Positions 7,908 to 17,249 are shown, counted from the first letter of the stretch. The stretch: 34,859 nt of DNA from Myxococcota bacterium (GCA_036229005.1 JAZAMN010000046.1:1-34859), one strand, 5' to 3'. Notes: generated from the letters alone by a model not told the origin. Translations and numbers: made by a program.

Positions 7908-8669
7908 TCAGATGCCTCGGAGCCGTCCGCCATCGACCGGCAGGCTCACGCCCCGGATGTAGGCGCCGGCCGGAGAGCACAGGAAGGCGATCGCGCCGGC
8001 GGTCTCCTGGGGCTGGGCCAGGCGGCCCTCGGGGACCTGGGCCAGCCAGGCGGCGTGGACGTCCGACTCCTGGACGCCGGTGCGCGCGGCGCGGCCCGCC
8101 TTGAGGGAGCTGAGGCGCTCGGTGTCGGTGAAGCCCGGCAGCACGTTGTTGATGGTGATGCCCGGGGGCAGCTCGCGGGACAGGGACTTGGCCCAGCCGG
8201 CCATCGCCGCGCGGATGGTGTTCGAGACCCCCAGGTTGGGGATGGGCTCCCGCACAGACGTGGACAACACGTTGACGATTCGCCCGAAGCCGGCAGCCTC
8301 CATGTGGGGCAGGCAGGCCTGGGTGAGCTGGTGGGCGGCCAGCACGTGGCGGTGGAACGCGGCCCGGAGCGCCTCGGCCGGGGCCTGGGTCAGGGGGCCG
8401 CCCTTGGGGCCGCCGGTGTTGTTGATCAAGATGTGGACGGGCGCCAGCTCGGAGACCGCAGCCAGCAGCGTCTCGTGCTGGTCCAGGTCGGCGACGACGA
8501 AGCCGTGACCGCTGCCCGGGAGCTCGGCGACCAGGGCCTCCAGGCGCTCCTGTCGGCGGGCGAGGGCGGTGACCTTGGCGCCCATCTCGGCCAGGGCGAT
8601 GGCGGTGGCGCGGCCGATTCCGGCGCTGGCGCCGCAGACCAGGGCGTGGCGCCCAGAGAGTGGTGACAT
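7908..8669 (-). CDS. SDR-family NAD(P)-dependent oxidoreductase, atypical (SNTIR in place of YxxxK)
   Basis: CGASAGIG Rossmann motif, ILINNTGGP, NNVLPG and VDGG. ATG 8669 follows AGGAGG. Confidence 0.85.
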   Translation of the reverse strand: MSPLSGRHALVCGASAGIGRATAIALAEMGAKVTALARRQERLEALVAELPGSGHGFVVADLDQHETLLAAVSELAPVHILINNTGGPKGGPLTQAPAEALRAAFHRHVLAAHQLTQACLPHMEAAGFGRIVNVLSTSVREPIPNLGVSNTIRAAMAGWAKSLSRELPPGITINNVLPGFTDTERLSSLKAGRAARTGVQESDVHAAWLAQVPEGRLAQPQETAGAIAFLCSPAGAYIRGVSLPVDGGRLRGI

Positions 8670-8714
8670 GCAGACCTCCTGGGGCATCGCTTATAGCTGC
8701 AGCCTGGAGGCGTC

Positions 8715-9275
8715 ATGGGCTTTCGAGACAAGCTGCGGGCAAAGGTGGACAAGCACGGTGGGCTGGGCGGTCTGGCCAAGGCCGCCATCCGTCGGGCCGA
8801 TCCCCGGGCCAAGGGGACGGACAGCGCCCCGGTGACCTCGCCGGCGGGACAGAGCGCAGAGAAGGGGAGCCTCCCCACGGAGTGCAGCGTGGTGGGGTTC
8901 ACCGCTGTCGCGTGGTCCGATGCCCTCACCCCCTCCCGTCCCTTGCAGATCGTTCACGAGGGGGAGGCGATCGCGGTGTTTCGCGCTCAGGGGTCCACCT
9001 ACGCAATCTCGAACGTGTGCACCCACGAGGACGGGCCGCTTGCCGAAGGCGAGGTCAACGGTTGTGTGGTGGCGTGCCCCTACCATGACTGGCGCTTTGA
9101 CATGCAGACCGGGGAGTGCCTGAGCCACAAGGGCCGGCAGGTGGCCACTTGGCAGGTGCGCGAAGAGCAGGGGGCGGTGTGGATCGGCCCCCAGAAGAGC
9201 GAAGGCGCCGCCGAGCGCGGGGGCGCGCACGACGACGGGATGGAGGTCCTGGTCAAGGATCTCGACCAGGAGTAG
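8715..9275 (+). CDS. Rieske [2Fe-2S] ferredoxin with an N-terminal extension
   Basis: Rieske ligand motifs CTHEDG and CPYHDWRFD; GGAGG RBS before the ATG. Confidence 0.85.
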   Translation: MGFRDKLRAKVDKHGGLGGLAKAAIRRADPRAKGTDSAPVTSPAGQSAEKGSLPTECSVVGFTAVAWSDALTPSRPLQIVHEGEAIAVFRAQGSTYAISNVCTHEDGPLAEGEVNGCVVACPYHDWRFDMQTGECLSHKGRQVATWQVREEQGAVWIGPQKSEGAAERGGAHDDGMEVLVKDLDQE

Positions 9276-9289
9276 GGCCCCAGAGCGAG

Positions 9290-9317
9290 AGCGCCCCAGC
9301 CCGGAGGCTGAGGCGCT
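9290..9317. terminator. Hairpin between convergent genes, possible terminator or stabiliser (no U-tract)
   Basis: AGCGCCCCAGCC-CGGA-GGCTGAGGCGCT. It is fully paired on the minus strand with one G-U pair. Confidence 0.35.
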
Positions 9318-9338
9318 GGAGTCCCGGACCCAGGGGTC

Positions 9339-11078
9339 TCAGACCTGGAACTCGTCGACCCGCTGCTGCAGGCGGTTGGCGAGCTCGGCCAGGCTCTGTC
9401 CTGCCTTGGCCGTCTCCGCCGCGCCGGAGCTGGTGGAGTCGGAGATGGAGCGGATGCCCTCGACCTGGTTGGCCACGTTGCGCCCCAGCTCGCGCTGACG
9501 GCTGGCCTCCTGGGAGATGCCCCCGGTGACCTCGGCGATGCGCTCGACCCCGGAGAGGATGTCCTTGAAGGCCTCGCGGATGTCCTGAGCGCCCTTGCCC
9601 GTGGCGTCGGCCTGGACGCGGGTGGTCTCGATGGCGCGGCTGACCTCCTGGCTGCGCTCGCCCAGCTCCTGGATGAGCTGCTGGATTCGCTTGGTGCTCT
9701 CCTGGGTCTGCAGGGAGAGGGAGCGCACCTCGGCGGCGACCACCGCGAATCCCTGACCGGCGGCGCCGGCGCGCGCAGCCTCGGCCGCGGCGTTGAGGGC
9801 CAGCAGGTTGGTCTCCTGGGCGATGCCCCCGATGAGGTCGACGATCTTGGCGATCTCACCCACCTGGGTGTTCAGCCGGCCGACGGCCTCACCGGTGACG
9901 CCGACCTGGTTGGTCAGGCTGTTGACGCCGGTGATGGCGGCCTCGACCTCGCGGGAGCCCTTCTGGGCGGCCAGGTTGGCGCTGCCAGCGGCCCGGGCGG
10001 CCTCGGAGGCGCGGTCGGCCATGGACTCGGAGGCCTGGAGGAGCTGCTCGATGCTCTGCTTGGCCTGGACGGTGGCCTGCTGCTGACGGCGGACGCCGGA
10101 GCTGGTGGACTCGGTGACCCCCGCGAGCTGCTCGGCGGAGGCAGCGACCTCCATGGAGGCCTGGACGACCTGGCCGGTGAAGCCCTGCATGTCCCGGGTG
10201 AAGCCGTTGAACGCCCCGGACAGCAGCACCAGCTCGGCGGCGCCCTCTTCGGGGAGACGGACGCGCAGGTCCTTGTCCTTGCCGGCCTCGGCCATGGTGG
10301 AGGCCGCCTGGTTGATGGGCTTGGACACGTAGCGCTGGAGCACCCAGTGGATGAGCACCAGGGCGGCGAGCAGGCCGACCAGGCCAGCGATCACGCCCTT
10401 GATGATGTTGGTCTTGATGACCGCGTAGGCGGCGTCCAGGGGGCGGATGACCTCGAAGGCGCCGTGGAGATCGCCGACCTCCTTGTCGTCCATGTCGAAG
10501 CCGGCGATGTCGATGCCGTCCTTGTTGCCCCAGAGGTCCTCGCTGGTCGCGGGGTCACCGTGGCAGGCCATGCAGGACTCGGACAGGCGCACCGGGCGGA
10601 AGTAGCGCACGGCGTTCATGTCCTCGTCGATCGTGTACCACTCGATCGCGTCGGGGTTCTGCTCGAAGTACTGCAGCGCCTCGGACTCGAGGGGATCCGG
10701 CTCGTTCTTGGGGTTGCGGGCGCCCTCACGGGGGGTGCGGAAGGTGAACCCGCCCTCCTCGGACTTGGCCTTGGCGGACTCCCAGGCGGCCACGACCGGA
10801 ACCGCGGCCAAGATGCGCTCCTTGGCCTGCTTCTTGGGCATGGTCTCGGCGTACTCCCGCAGGTCTGCAGGCGTGAACAGACCGAGCGCCCACTTGGTCT
10901 CCATGTTGTCCCGCACCGACTCGGCCATGAGCACTGTGGTTCGGGCCGAGGCCACCTCGGCGTCGATGCGCGCGTTCTTCTCCTCCCAGGCGCGGCTGGC
11001 CACCAGCGCGCTGACCAGGAGGGCGATGAGCGCGGCGATTGGGACGCCGGCGCGGATTCCGATGCTGTCGCGGGTCAT
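9339..11078 (-). CDS. Methyl-accepting chemotaxis protein with a periplasmic heme-c (Tll0287/DUF3365-like) sensor domain
   Basis: Two TM helices, [13 protein letters not shown] heme motif (10560-10574), HAMP domain, and MCP signature [20 protein letters not shown]...[10 protein letters not shown]. Confidence 0.9.
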   Translation of the reverse strand: MTRDSIGIRAGVPIAALIALLVSALVASRAWEEKNARIDAEVASARTTVLMAESVRDNMETKWALGLFTPADLREYAETMPKKQAKERILAAVPVVAAWESAKAKSEEGGFTFRTPREGARNPKNEPDPLESEALQYFEQNPDAIEWYTIDEDMNAVRYFRPVRLSESCMACHGDPATSEDLWGNKDGIDIAGFDMDDKEVGDLHGAFEVIRPLDAAYAVIKTNIIKGVIAGLVGLLAALVLIHWVLQRYVSKPINQAASTMAEAGKDKDLRVRLPEEGAAELVLLSGAFNGFTRDMQGFTGQVVQASMEVAASAEQLAGVTESTSSGVRRQQQATVQAKQSIEQLLQASESMADRASEAARAAGSANLAAQKGSREVEAAITGVNSLTNQVGVTGEAVGRLNTQVGEIAKIVDLIGGIAQETNLLALNAAAEAARAGAAGQGFAVVAAEVRSLSLQTQESTKRIQQLIQELGERSQEVSRAIETTRVQADATGKGAQDIREAFKDILSGVERIAEVTGGISQEASRQRELGRNVANQVEGIRSISDSTSSGAAETAKAGQSLAELANRLQQRVDEFQV

Positions 11079-11126
11079 GTGGACTCCCAGGCACCCGAAT
11101 GACAGATTTCGGGCGTTCTGGAAGCC

Positions 11127-12233
11127 TCATCGGCTGAGCGGTCCCTCCCTGAAGGCATAAAAGTCCGGATCCGACAGCTCCGGCAGCGCGCGGCGGGGGC
11201 TCAACACGGAGCGAACCGCCCACAGCTCTGGGAAGACGCGGTATGTGGTGGTCTTGTCCAGGTAGGAGACGCCGGCGGATCCGCCCGTGCCCACCCGCCG
11301 ACCGATCAGGCGCTCCACCATGCGGGCGTGGCGGTGGCGCCAGAGCACGAGCTGCTCTTCGAGCTCCACGACGGTGTCCAGGAGCAGGCGAGGCCAGGCC
11401 AACAGGGGCAGCTCGCGGTAGCTCTCCACAAAGAGCAGCGCGGCCCGGATCCGGCGGATGCGCTCGGGGTTCTCCTGGACGTCGCGGGCCATCAGGAAGT
11501 CCTCGGTGGCCTGGCTCACCTTGGCGAAGCGCTCGCGGACGCCCTCGGGGTCCTCGCTGAGGCCTGCCAGCCGCTCAGCCTGCTGCTCGCGGGCCTCCTT
11601 CCCGTGGTGCAGGTAGTCCTGGAGGAAGGCCTTCACAGCCTCCTCGTCCCCGGGATCGCCGGGCTGGCTGCCCTGGATCGGGGTCCGGTAGAGCCAGCGG
11701 TGCAGGGCCTCCCGCAGTGAGGTCTCGCTGCGCGCCTGCTCGATGCGCCCCCACGCGAGCGCGCCCCCGGGGCTGGTCTCGGCCAGCTTGCGGATGTGGG
11801 TGAGGGGATCGGAGCCGCCGTAGCGCAGGCGCTGGGCCTCCTCCAGGCCCAGGAGGATCTCCAGCTCGCGCATCTGGAAGCTCTGGAAGCCCGAGCTGGG
11901 CACCAGCTTGTCCCGGAAGTCCAGGAAGTCCAGAGGGGTGAGGGTCTCCATGACCTTCATCTGGTCCACGGCCAGGCGCAGGATCTCGTTGACGCGGCCC
12001 AGGTGGTGCACGACGGAGGGCACGGCCTTCTCGGGGAGCGTGGGCGCGGCGAGCTGATCGCGGGCCAACCGCACCTGGGAGAGCACCAGCTTGAACCACA
12101 GCTCGTAGGCCTGGTGCACGATGATGAAGTGCAGCTCGTCGGGGCCGACCTGGTCGCCCAGGCCCTGCTGGCTGTCCAGGAGCTGCGGGAGGGCCAGGTA
12201 GTCCCAGTAGGTGGGGGTGCTCGACTCGGACAC
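11127..12233 (-). CDS. kynA: Tryptophan 2,3-dioxygenase (long form)
   Basis: TYWDYL, DELHFIIVHQAYELWFK, SSGFQSFQMRELE and WRHRHARMVERLIGRRVGTGGSAGVSYL. GTG start follows GAGGAG. Confidence 0.93.
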   Translation of the reverse strand: MSESSTPTYWDYLALPQLLDSQQGLGDQVGPDELHFIIVHQAYELWFKLVLSQVRLARDQLAAPTLPEKAVPSVVHHLGRVNEILRLAVDQMKVMETLTPLDFLDFRDKLVPSSGFQSFQMRELEILLGLEEAQRLRYGGSDPLTHIRKLAETSPGGALAWGRIEQARSETSLREALHRWLYRTPIQGSQPGDPGDEEAVKAFLQDYLHHGKEAREQQAERLAGLSEDPEGVRERFAKVSQATEDFLMARDVQENPERIRRIRAALLFVESYRELPLLAWPRLLLDTVVELEEQLVLWRHRHARMVERLIGRRVGTGGSAGVSYLDKTTTYRVFPELWAVRSVLSPRRALPELSDPDFYAFREGPLSR

Positions 12234-12296
12234 GTCAATCTCCTCGGGCGGCGGGGGGCGTGCAAGCGGTTATCCCCTCCGTCTATTGGAGGAGCG

Positions 12297-14174
12297 GTGA
12301 GCAGTATGCCCCTGGACGTGCTCGAGCGTTTTGGAGCGGCCACCAGCCGCGTGTTCGTCGGTGAGTCCCAGCAGGAGCGCAGCGGCGCCGGCGGTGCCCT
12401 GGAGGCCAGCGTGGAGCGCTTGGGTCTGGGGATGTTGGGCGGGGTGTTCCACGCCCATGCCGATCTGCACCGCCTGGAGCTGGAGGACCCCGACGTCCGG
12501 ATCGACGCTGTTCGCGCAGACGAGGTCATCGAGGTGCAGGTCCAGTGGGAGAGCGGCACCGCGTTCACCGAGCGCCTGCCCATCGCGCCCGTGGCGGGCC
12601 TGCTGCCCCACGACGGCGCCTTCCTGGTCCCCCAGGCCGACTCCCGCCACCCGGACCTCCGGGCCGCCCTGCGCTCCGGCGCGGGCTTCTGGCTCTGTGA
12701 GAGCGGCGACGGACTGCGGGCCTTCGGCGCGGGTCGGGTCTCCTCGGCGGAGGGGGCCCTGCCGGTCCTCGGGCGCCTGCCTGAGCGCGGCCAGCTCGGC
12801 TCCGCCGCCTTCTGCGCGCACATGGGCATCCGCCACGCCTACCTGGGCGGCGCCATGGCCGGCGGGATCGCCTCGGCCGCCATGGTCATCGCGCTGGGCC
12901 GCGCCGGCCTGATGGGCTTCTTCGGGGCCGGCGGCCTGGGGCTGGACGCCACCGAGCAGGCCCTGGCCGAGATCCGGGACGCCCTCACGGACGGTCAGGC
13001 CTACGGCGCCAACCTGCTCCACAACCCCCAGGAGCCGGCGGTCGAGATGGCCACCGTGGAGCTCTACGCCCGCTACGGCGTGCGGACCATCAGTGCGTCG
13101 GCCTTCATGGGGCTGACCCCCGCGCTGCTGCGCCACCGCTACACCGGCATCGCGCTGGTGGACGGCAAGCCCGTGTGCCCCAACCGGGTGATCGCCAAGA
13201 TCTCCCGCCCCGAGGTCGCCAAGCACTTCCTGAGCCCGCCCCCGGAGGCCGCGCTCCAGGAGCTGGTGGACGCCGGGCACCTGAGCGCCGAGCAGGCCGA
13301 GTGGGCCCTGCAGCTCCCCGTCGCCGACGCGATCACCTGCGAGGCCGACAGCGGCGGGCACACCGACCGCCGCCCGCTGCCGGTGCTGGTCCCAATCATC
13401 CTGCAGCAGCGCGCGCAGATCGCCGCCGAGCAGGGCTACGCCGAGCGCGGCATCCACATCTTCGTGGGCGCGGCCGGCGGGCTGGGCTCCCCCGAGTCCA
13501 TCGTGGGCGCGCTGGCCATGGGCGCGGAGTACGTGCTCACGGGCAGCGTGAACCAGGCCACCCCGGAGGCCGGCACCTCGGACATCGCCAAGGAGATGCT
13601 CCTGGAGGCCGGCATGGCCGACTGCGCCGAGGGCCCCGCCCCGGACATGTTCGAGCTGGGGGCCCACGTCCAGGTGCTCTCTCGCGGGACCATGTACGCC
13701 CGCCGCGGCAAGCGCCTGTACGACCTCTACAAGCAGTACAGTAGCTGGGAGGAGATCCCGGCCGCCGACCAGAAGAAGGTCGAGAAGCAGATCCTGGGCG
13801 CCCCCTTCGCCGAGCGCTGGGAGAGCACCGCCGCCTACTGGCAGGGCCGGGACCCCGCGCAGGTCACCCGCGCCCAGGAGAACGGCCGCCACAAGATGGC
13901 CCTGGTGTTCCGCTGGTACCTGGGCATGGCCAGCCGCTGGGCCCGCCTGGGCGACACCAGCCGCAAGCGGGACTTCCAGATCTGGTGCGGCCCCTCCATG
14001 GGCGCCTTCAACGCGTGGGTCCAGGACACCCCCCTGCAGCCCCTCGCCGCCCGCAAGGTCGCGGACGTGGCCGACGCCCTCATCCAGGGCAGCCTCCAGC
14101 TCCAGGGGGCCCAGGCGCTGGCCGCGCAGGGGGTGGCGGTGCCTGCCGCGCTGTGGGATACGCGGCCGCTGTGA
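12297..14174 (+). CDS. pfaD: PfaD-family FMN-dependent trans-acting enoyl reductase (PUFA/polyketide biosynthesis)
   Basis: GAMAGGIAS, NLLHNP, SASAFM, IAKISRPEVA, EADSGGHTD, GSVNQ, DMFELG and DFQIWCGPSMGAFN. Start is GTG 12297 after GGAGG (or ATG 12306); the ORF-track start at 11796 overlaps kynA. Confidence 0.85.
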   Translation: MSSMPLDVLERFGAATSRVFVGESQQERSGAGGALEASVERLGLGMLGGVFHAHADLHRLELEDPDVRIDAVRADEVIEVQVQWESGTAFTERLPIAPVAGLLPHDGAFLVPQADSRHPDLRAALRSGAGFWLCESGDGLRAFGAGRVSSAEGALPVLGRLPERGQLGSAAFCAHMGIRHAYLGGAMAGGIASAAMVIALGRAGLMGFFGAGGLGLDATEQALAEIRDALTDGQAYGANLLHNPQEPAVEMATVELYARYGVRTISASAFMGLTPALLRHRYTGIALVDGKPVCPNRVIAKISRPEVAKHFLSPPPEAALQELVDAGHLSAEQAEWALQLPVADAITCEADSGGHTDRRPLPVLVPIILQQRAQIAAEQGYAERGIHIFVGAAGGLGSPESIVGALAMGAEYVLTGSVNQATPEAGTSDIAKEMLLEAGMADCAEGPAPDMFELGAHVQVLSRGTMYARRGKRLYDLYKQYSSWEEIPAADQKKVEKQILGAPFAERWESTAAYWQGRDPAQVTRAQENGRHKMALVFRWYLGMASRWARLGDTSRKRDFQIWCGPSMGAFNAWVQDTPLQPLAARKVADVADALIQGSLQLQGAQALAAQGVAVPAALWDTRPL

Positions 14175-14974
14175 TCTGGTGGGTGCTGGCCTGCGCGCCT
14201 CAGCCCTCGGAGGCTGAGTTGTTTTCGCGGGCGCTGCTGGAATCGGATGCGGATGCAGGGTTTGCGCTCTGCGAAGGCATCTCAGGGGTCAGCGCACGCA
14301 GCGATTGTCAGCTGGCTGTTGCCGAGAACGCCGGGCAGCCTGAGGCCTGTCTCCGAGTCGAGTCACCAGCTCTCCGGGGGGAGTGCTTCTTCGTCCTGGC
14401 CGAGGGAGCCGCTGCGCGCAGGGACCGCTCGTCTGCCGTGGAGTTCTGTAGCCTGGCAGGTCCCTATCGGAGCGACTGTGTGCAGCATCTCTGGGATCCA
14501 CCCCTGCGTGCCAAACTCCGTCGCGCGGACACCCCGGAGAAGACCCTCCAACTGGCCACCCAGGTCTATTGTCAGTGGGAGGCCTTGCTGGCGGAGGACG
14601 AGGAGTTTCAGAGCCGGTTTTGGGAGCGGGCTTGGGTGGTGATGCACTCGCGGTCCGGCGCGCTTCGTTTGAGCAGGTGTGCGTCTCTTCCAGGCGACCA
14701 GCAGCTCAGGTGTGAACGGGCGGCCGGAGTCGTTTTGTTGAGGGTGTTGGATCAGGTCCCGCCCTCGCAGGCGCTGACTCAACAGGTGTGCTCGGAGGGG
14801 CTGCCTCCGTGGCCCGAGTTGGTGGGCCTGGAAGACCCCTTCCTGCTTGAGTTGCGCGACGATCGGTTGAAGGAGATCTGCCAGGCTGGTGGTCCCACGG
14901 CAGAGAGCAGCGCCCGGGAGCGGACCAGACAGCCATCGGAGAGGTCGGCTGTGGTCCAATGCCGGAGCCGATGA
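14171..14974 (+). CDS. Cys-rich hypothetical lipoprotein
   Basis: GTGA overlap with the pfaD stop; N-terminus MIWWVLAC; recurring paired Cys spaced about 11 residues apart. Confidence 0.6.
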   Translation: MIWWVLACAPQPSEAELFSRALLESDADAGFALCEGISGVSARSDCQLAVAENAGQPEACLRVESPALRGECFFVLAEGAAARRDRSSAVEFCSLAGPYRSDCVQHLWDPPLRAKLRRADTPEKTLQLATQVYCQWEALLAEDEEFQSRFWERAWVVMHSRSGALRLSRCASLPGDQQLRCERAAGVVLLRVLDQVPPSQALTQQVCSEGLPPWPELVGLEDPFLLELRDDRLKEICQAGGPTAESSARERTRQPSERSAVVQCRSR

Positions 14975-14975
14975 A

Positions 14976-16796
14976 ATGAAAGGGGGTCCTTTGTTGTTTC
15001 TTCTCCTCGCTTGTCTGGTCACTCCTGAGGAGTACCACGCCTACCTGAGCAGGGCCCAGGATGCCGACCAGGACGGGTATCTCTCTGCGCAATACGGCGG
15101 TGACGACTGTGATGACCGAGACGCCGCGGTGTTTCCTGGAGCCACCGAAACGTGCGATCAGCGTGACCAGGACTGTGACGACCGGGTGGATGAGTCTGCC
15201 GCTGAGGCGCCCAGGTGGTTTCTGGACGCCGACGAGGATCGATACGGCGCGGGCGCTCCCGTGCTCGCCTGCAGTGCACCTGACCGGCATGTGGCAGTCG
15301 ATGGGGATTGTGATGACCTTGACGCCAGCGTTCACCCTGGCGCCGTAGAGGTGTGTGGTGGAGGGGATGAAGACTGCGACGGGCTGCTCGACGACCTGGA
15401 TCCCAGCCTGGACCTCGGAACAGCCACCAGTTGGCACACGGATCAAGACGGCGATGGCTTCGGATCTGTGGAACAGAGCAGCCTTCAGTGCAGCGCCTCA
15501 GACGGCCTGGTCCAAGACAGCAGCGACTGTGACGACACAGACCGGAACATCAACCCAGATGCGACCGAGATCTGTGGCGATGGCGTTGACAACGACTGCT
15601 CCGGTGATTCGCCGGAGTGCATCCTCCGAGGGAAGCGCTTCCTGTCTGAGCCTGATCTGACCATCGAGGGGCTGGCTGGTGCAGCGGTCGCGAGCGATCA
15701 CGACGGCGATGGCGACGCAGAGGTCGTGCTGCTCGATCCCGCCGGGCTCTACCTCTTCGAGGGCCCATTCGGCGATGAAGAGATCCTGGAGCGGGGCGAC
15801 GCGGATTGGTCTCTGGAAGCGAGCGGTGCTGTCTCGCTTGCGGTGATCGCAGATCAGACTGGCGACGGGAACAGTGAGCTCCTTGTCGGCAACCCGTCGG
15901 ATGGGACCGTCAGCCTCTTCGCGAGTCAGTCTGATGGCTTTGGGCAGCTACCTGATTGGGCGATTCAGGGGCCAATCACCGGCCAGAAGTTCGGAAACAG
16001 CGTCAGCGCTCTTGGTGGCTCCGGCGCTCTGGCTGTGCTCTCTCCGGGGCTGACCGGCTCGACCCAGGGCCAGTTGCTGGTGTGGCTGGCCGTGCCCGAG
16101 ACAGACGTGTCCTCGGAGGACGCCGACCTTGTCTTCAGCTCCACGGCCTACCCAAAGTTCAATGGAGTCAGGACGGCGACCGGTGACCTGGATGGAGACG
16201 GCCAGGAGGACCTCGCCCTCTCGGTCCCTGCGCTCAGCGTCGTCGCCCTCAGCTTTGGATTCCAGGATGGGATCCTGGGGAGTCGCGATATCTCGGACGC
16301 AGATGCGGACATCCTCGGTGGTGCGATGGGGCAGTTGGGGGCCGCGATGGCAACAGGGGATCTCGACGGCGACGGCTATGTCGACTTGCTGGTCGGCGAG
16401 CCAGACGGGACCGGGGTTGTACACATCTTCTCAGGCGGAACTGCCTGGACTGCGGGGATGGACGCAGATGCTGATGCCCAGGTCAGCATTCCTGGGACAC
16501 AGAGTGGGGAGCAGTTCGGGCGCTTCCTCCATGTCGCGGACCTCGATGGAAACGGCAGAGACGACCTGGTCGCGGGGAGCTTTGTGGACTCTGGCAGCGG
16601 CTTTCTCTTCTACGGACCGCTCGGCTCGCGAAGCTCCCAGGACGAGTCGGACGCGGTCTTTGTCGGTCTGGATGGGAGGGACTGCTTCTCTGCATCGGCG
16701 TTGCTGGATCTGAACGCAGACGCGTCCGATGATCTGGTGGTGTCCTGCGCTGCGGGCGGCCCGGTCACCTACGCCATCCTCGGCCAAGGCCTCTGA
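14976..16796 (+). CDS. Surface lipoprotein with 'putative metal-binding' (MopE-like) repeats and FG-GAP/integrin-alpha repeats
   Basis: Lipobox LLAC; three DCDD...PGAxExC...DxDCD repeats; several GDLDGDG..DL.VG motifs. Confidence 0.85.
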   Translation: MKGGPLLFLLLACLVTPEEYHAYLSRAQDADQDGYLSAQYGGDDCDDRDAAVFPGATETCDQRDQDCDDRVDESAAEAPRWFLDADEDRYGAGAPVLACSAPDRHVAVDGDCDDLDASVHPGAVEVCGGGDEDCDGLLDDLDPSLDLGTATSWHTDQDGDGFGSVEQSSLQCSASDGLVQDSSDCDDTDRNINPDATEICGDGVDNDCSGDSPECILRGKRFLSEPDLTIEGLAGAAVASDHDGDGDAEVVLLDPAGLYLFEGPFGDEEILERGDADWSLEASGAVSLAVIADQTGDGNSELLVGNPSDGTVSLFASQSDGFGQLPDWAIQGPITGQKFGNSVSALGGSGALAVLSPGLTGSTQGQLLVWLAVPETDVSSEDADLVFSSTAYPKFNGVRTATGDLDGDGQEDLALSVPALSVVALSFGFQDGILGSRDISDADADILGGAMGQLGAAMATGDLDGDGYVDLLVGEPDGTGVVHIFSGGTAWTAGMDADADAQVSIPGTQSGEQFGRFLHVADLDGNGRDDLVAGSFVDSGSGFLFYGPLGSRSSQDESDAVFVGLDGRDCFSASALLDLNADASDDLVVSCAAGGPVTYAILGQGL

Positions 16797-16862
16797 CCGC
16801 GACACCTCGCCACACACCGAGGCCCCCGCCCATCGGCTACCTTGAGGGGGCCCGGAGCCCCC

Positions 16863-17249
16863 GTGAACCTCGCAGAGACCAGCAGCCTGCTCCTGGGGAC
16901 CGCGCTGCTGATCTGGGCCTACCGGAGCTACCAGCGCAGCCGGGCGCTGCTGGATGGCGCAGACCGCCTGCGCGTGGTCATCGAGCACGTCGAGGTCGTC
17001 GAGCAGATCGACGAGTTCCAGGTGCAGCGCCCCCACTACCGGGATCCCATCAGCGGCGAGCGCATCCGGGGCCACGAGAACCCCGGAGGCGACTACCGGG
17101 TCGGACAGGCCTGCCAGCTCCTCCGGGACCGGGCCAGCGGCGCGCTGCTGGAGCTCAACTGGTGGGAGCTGTGGGCCTTCCCCGGCTTCCTGGGCTGGGC
17201 GGGTGCCGCGTGGCTGGGCACGGGGATCTGGCTCCTCGCCAACCACTGA
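16863..17249 (+). CDS. Hypothetical membrane protein (TM, soluble region, TM)
   Basis: GTG start after GGAG; hydrophobic N- and C-terminal segments; host-like codon usage. Confidence 0.55.
   Translation: MNLAETSSLLLGTALLIWAYRSYQRSRALLDGADRLRVVIEHVEVVEQIDEFQVQRPHYRDPISGERIRGHENPGGDYRVGQACQLLRDRASGALLELNWWELWAFPGFLGWAGAAWLGTGIWLLANH

Noticed and set aside
11796..12296. Apparent 167-aa N-terminal extension of PfaD
   Set aside because: It overlaps kynA on the opposite strand, and a good RBS and start exist at 12297/12306.
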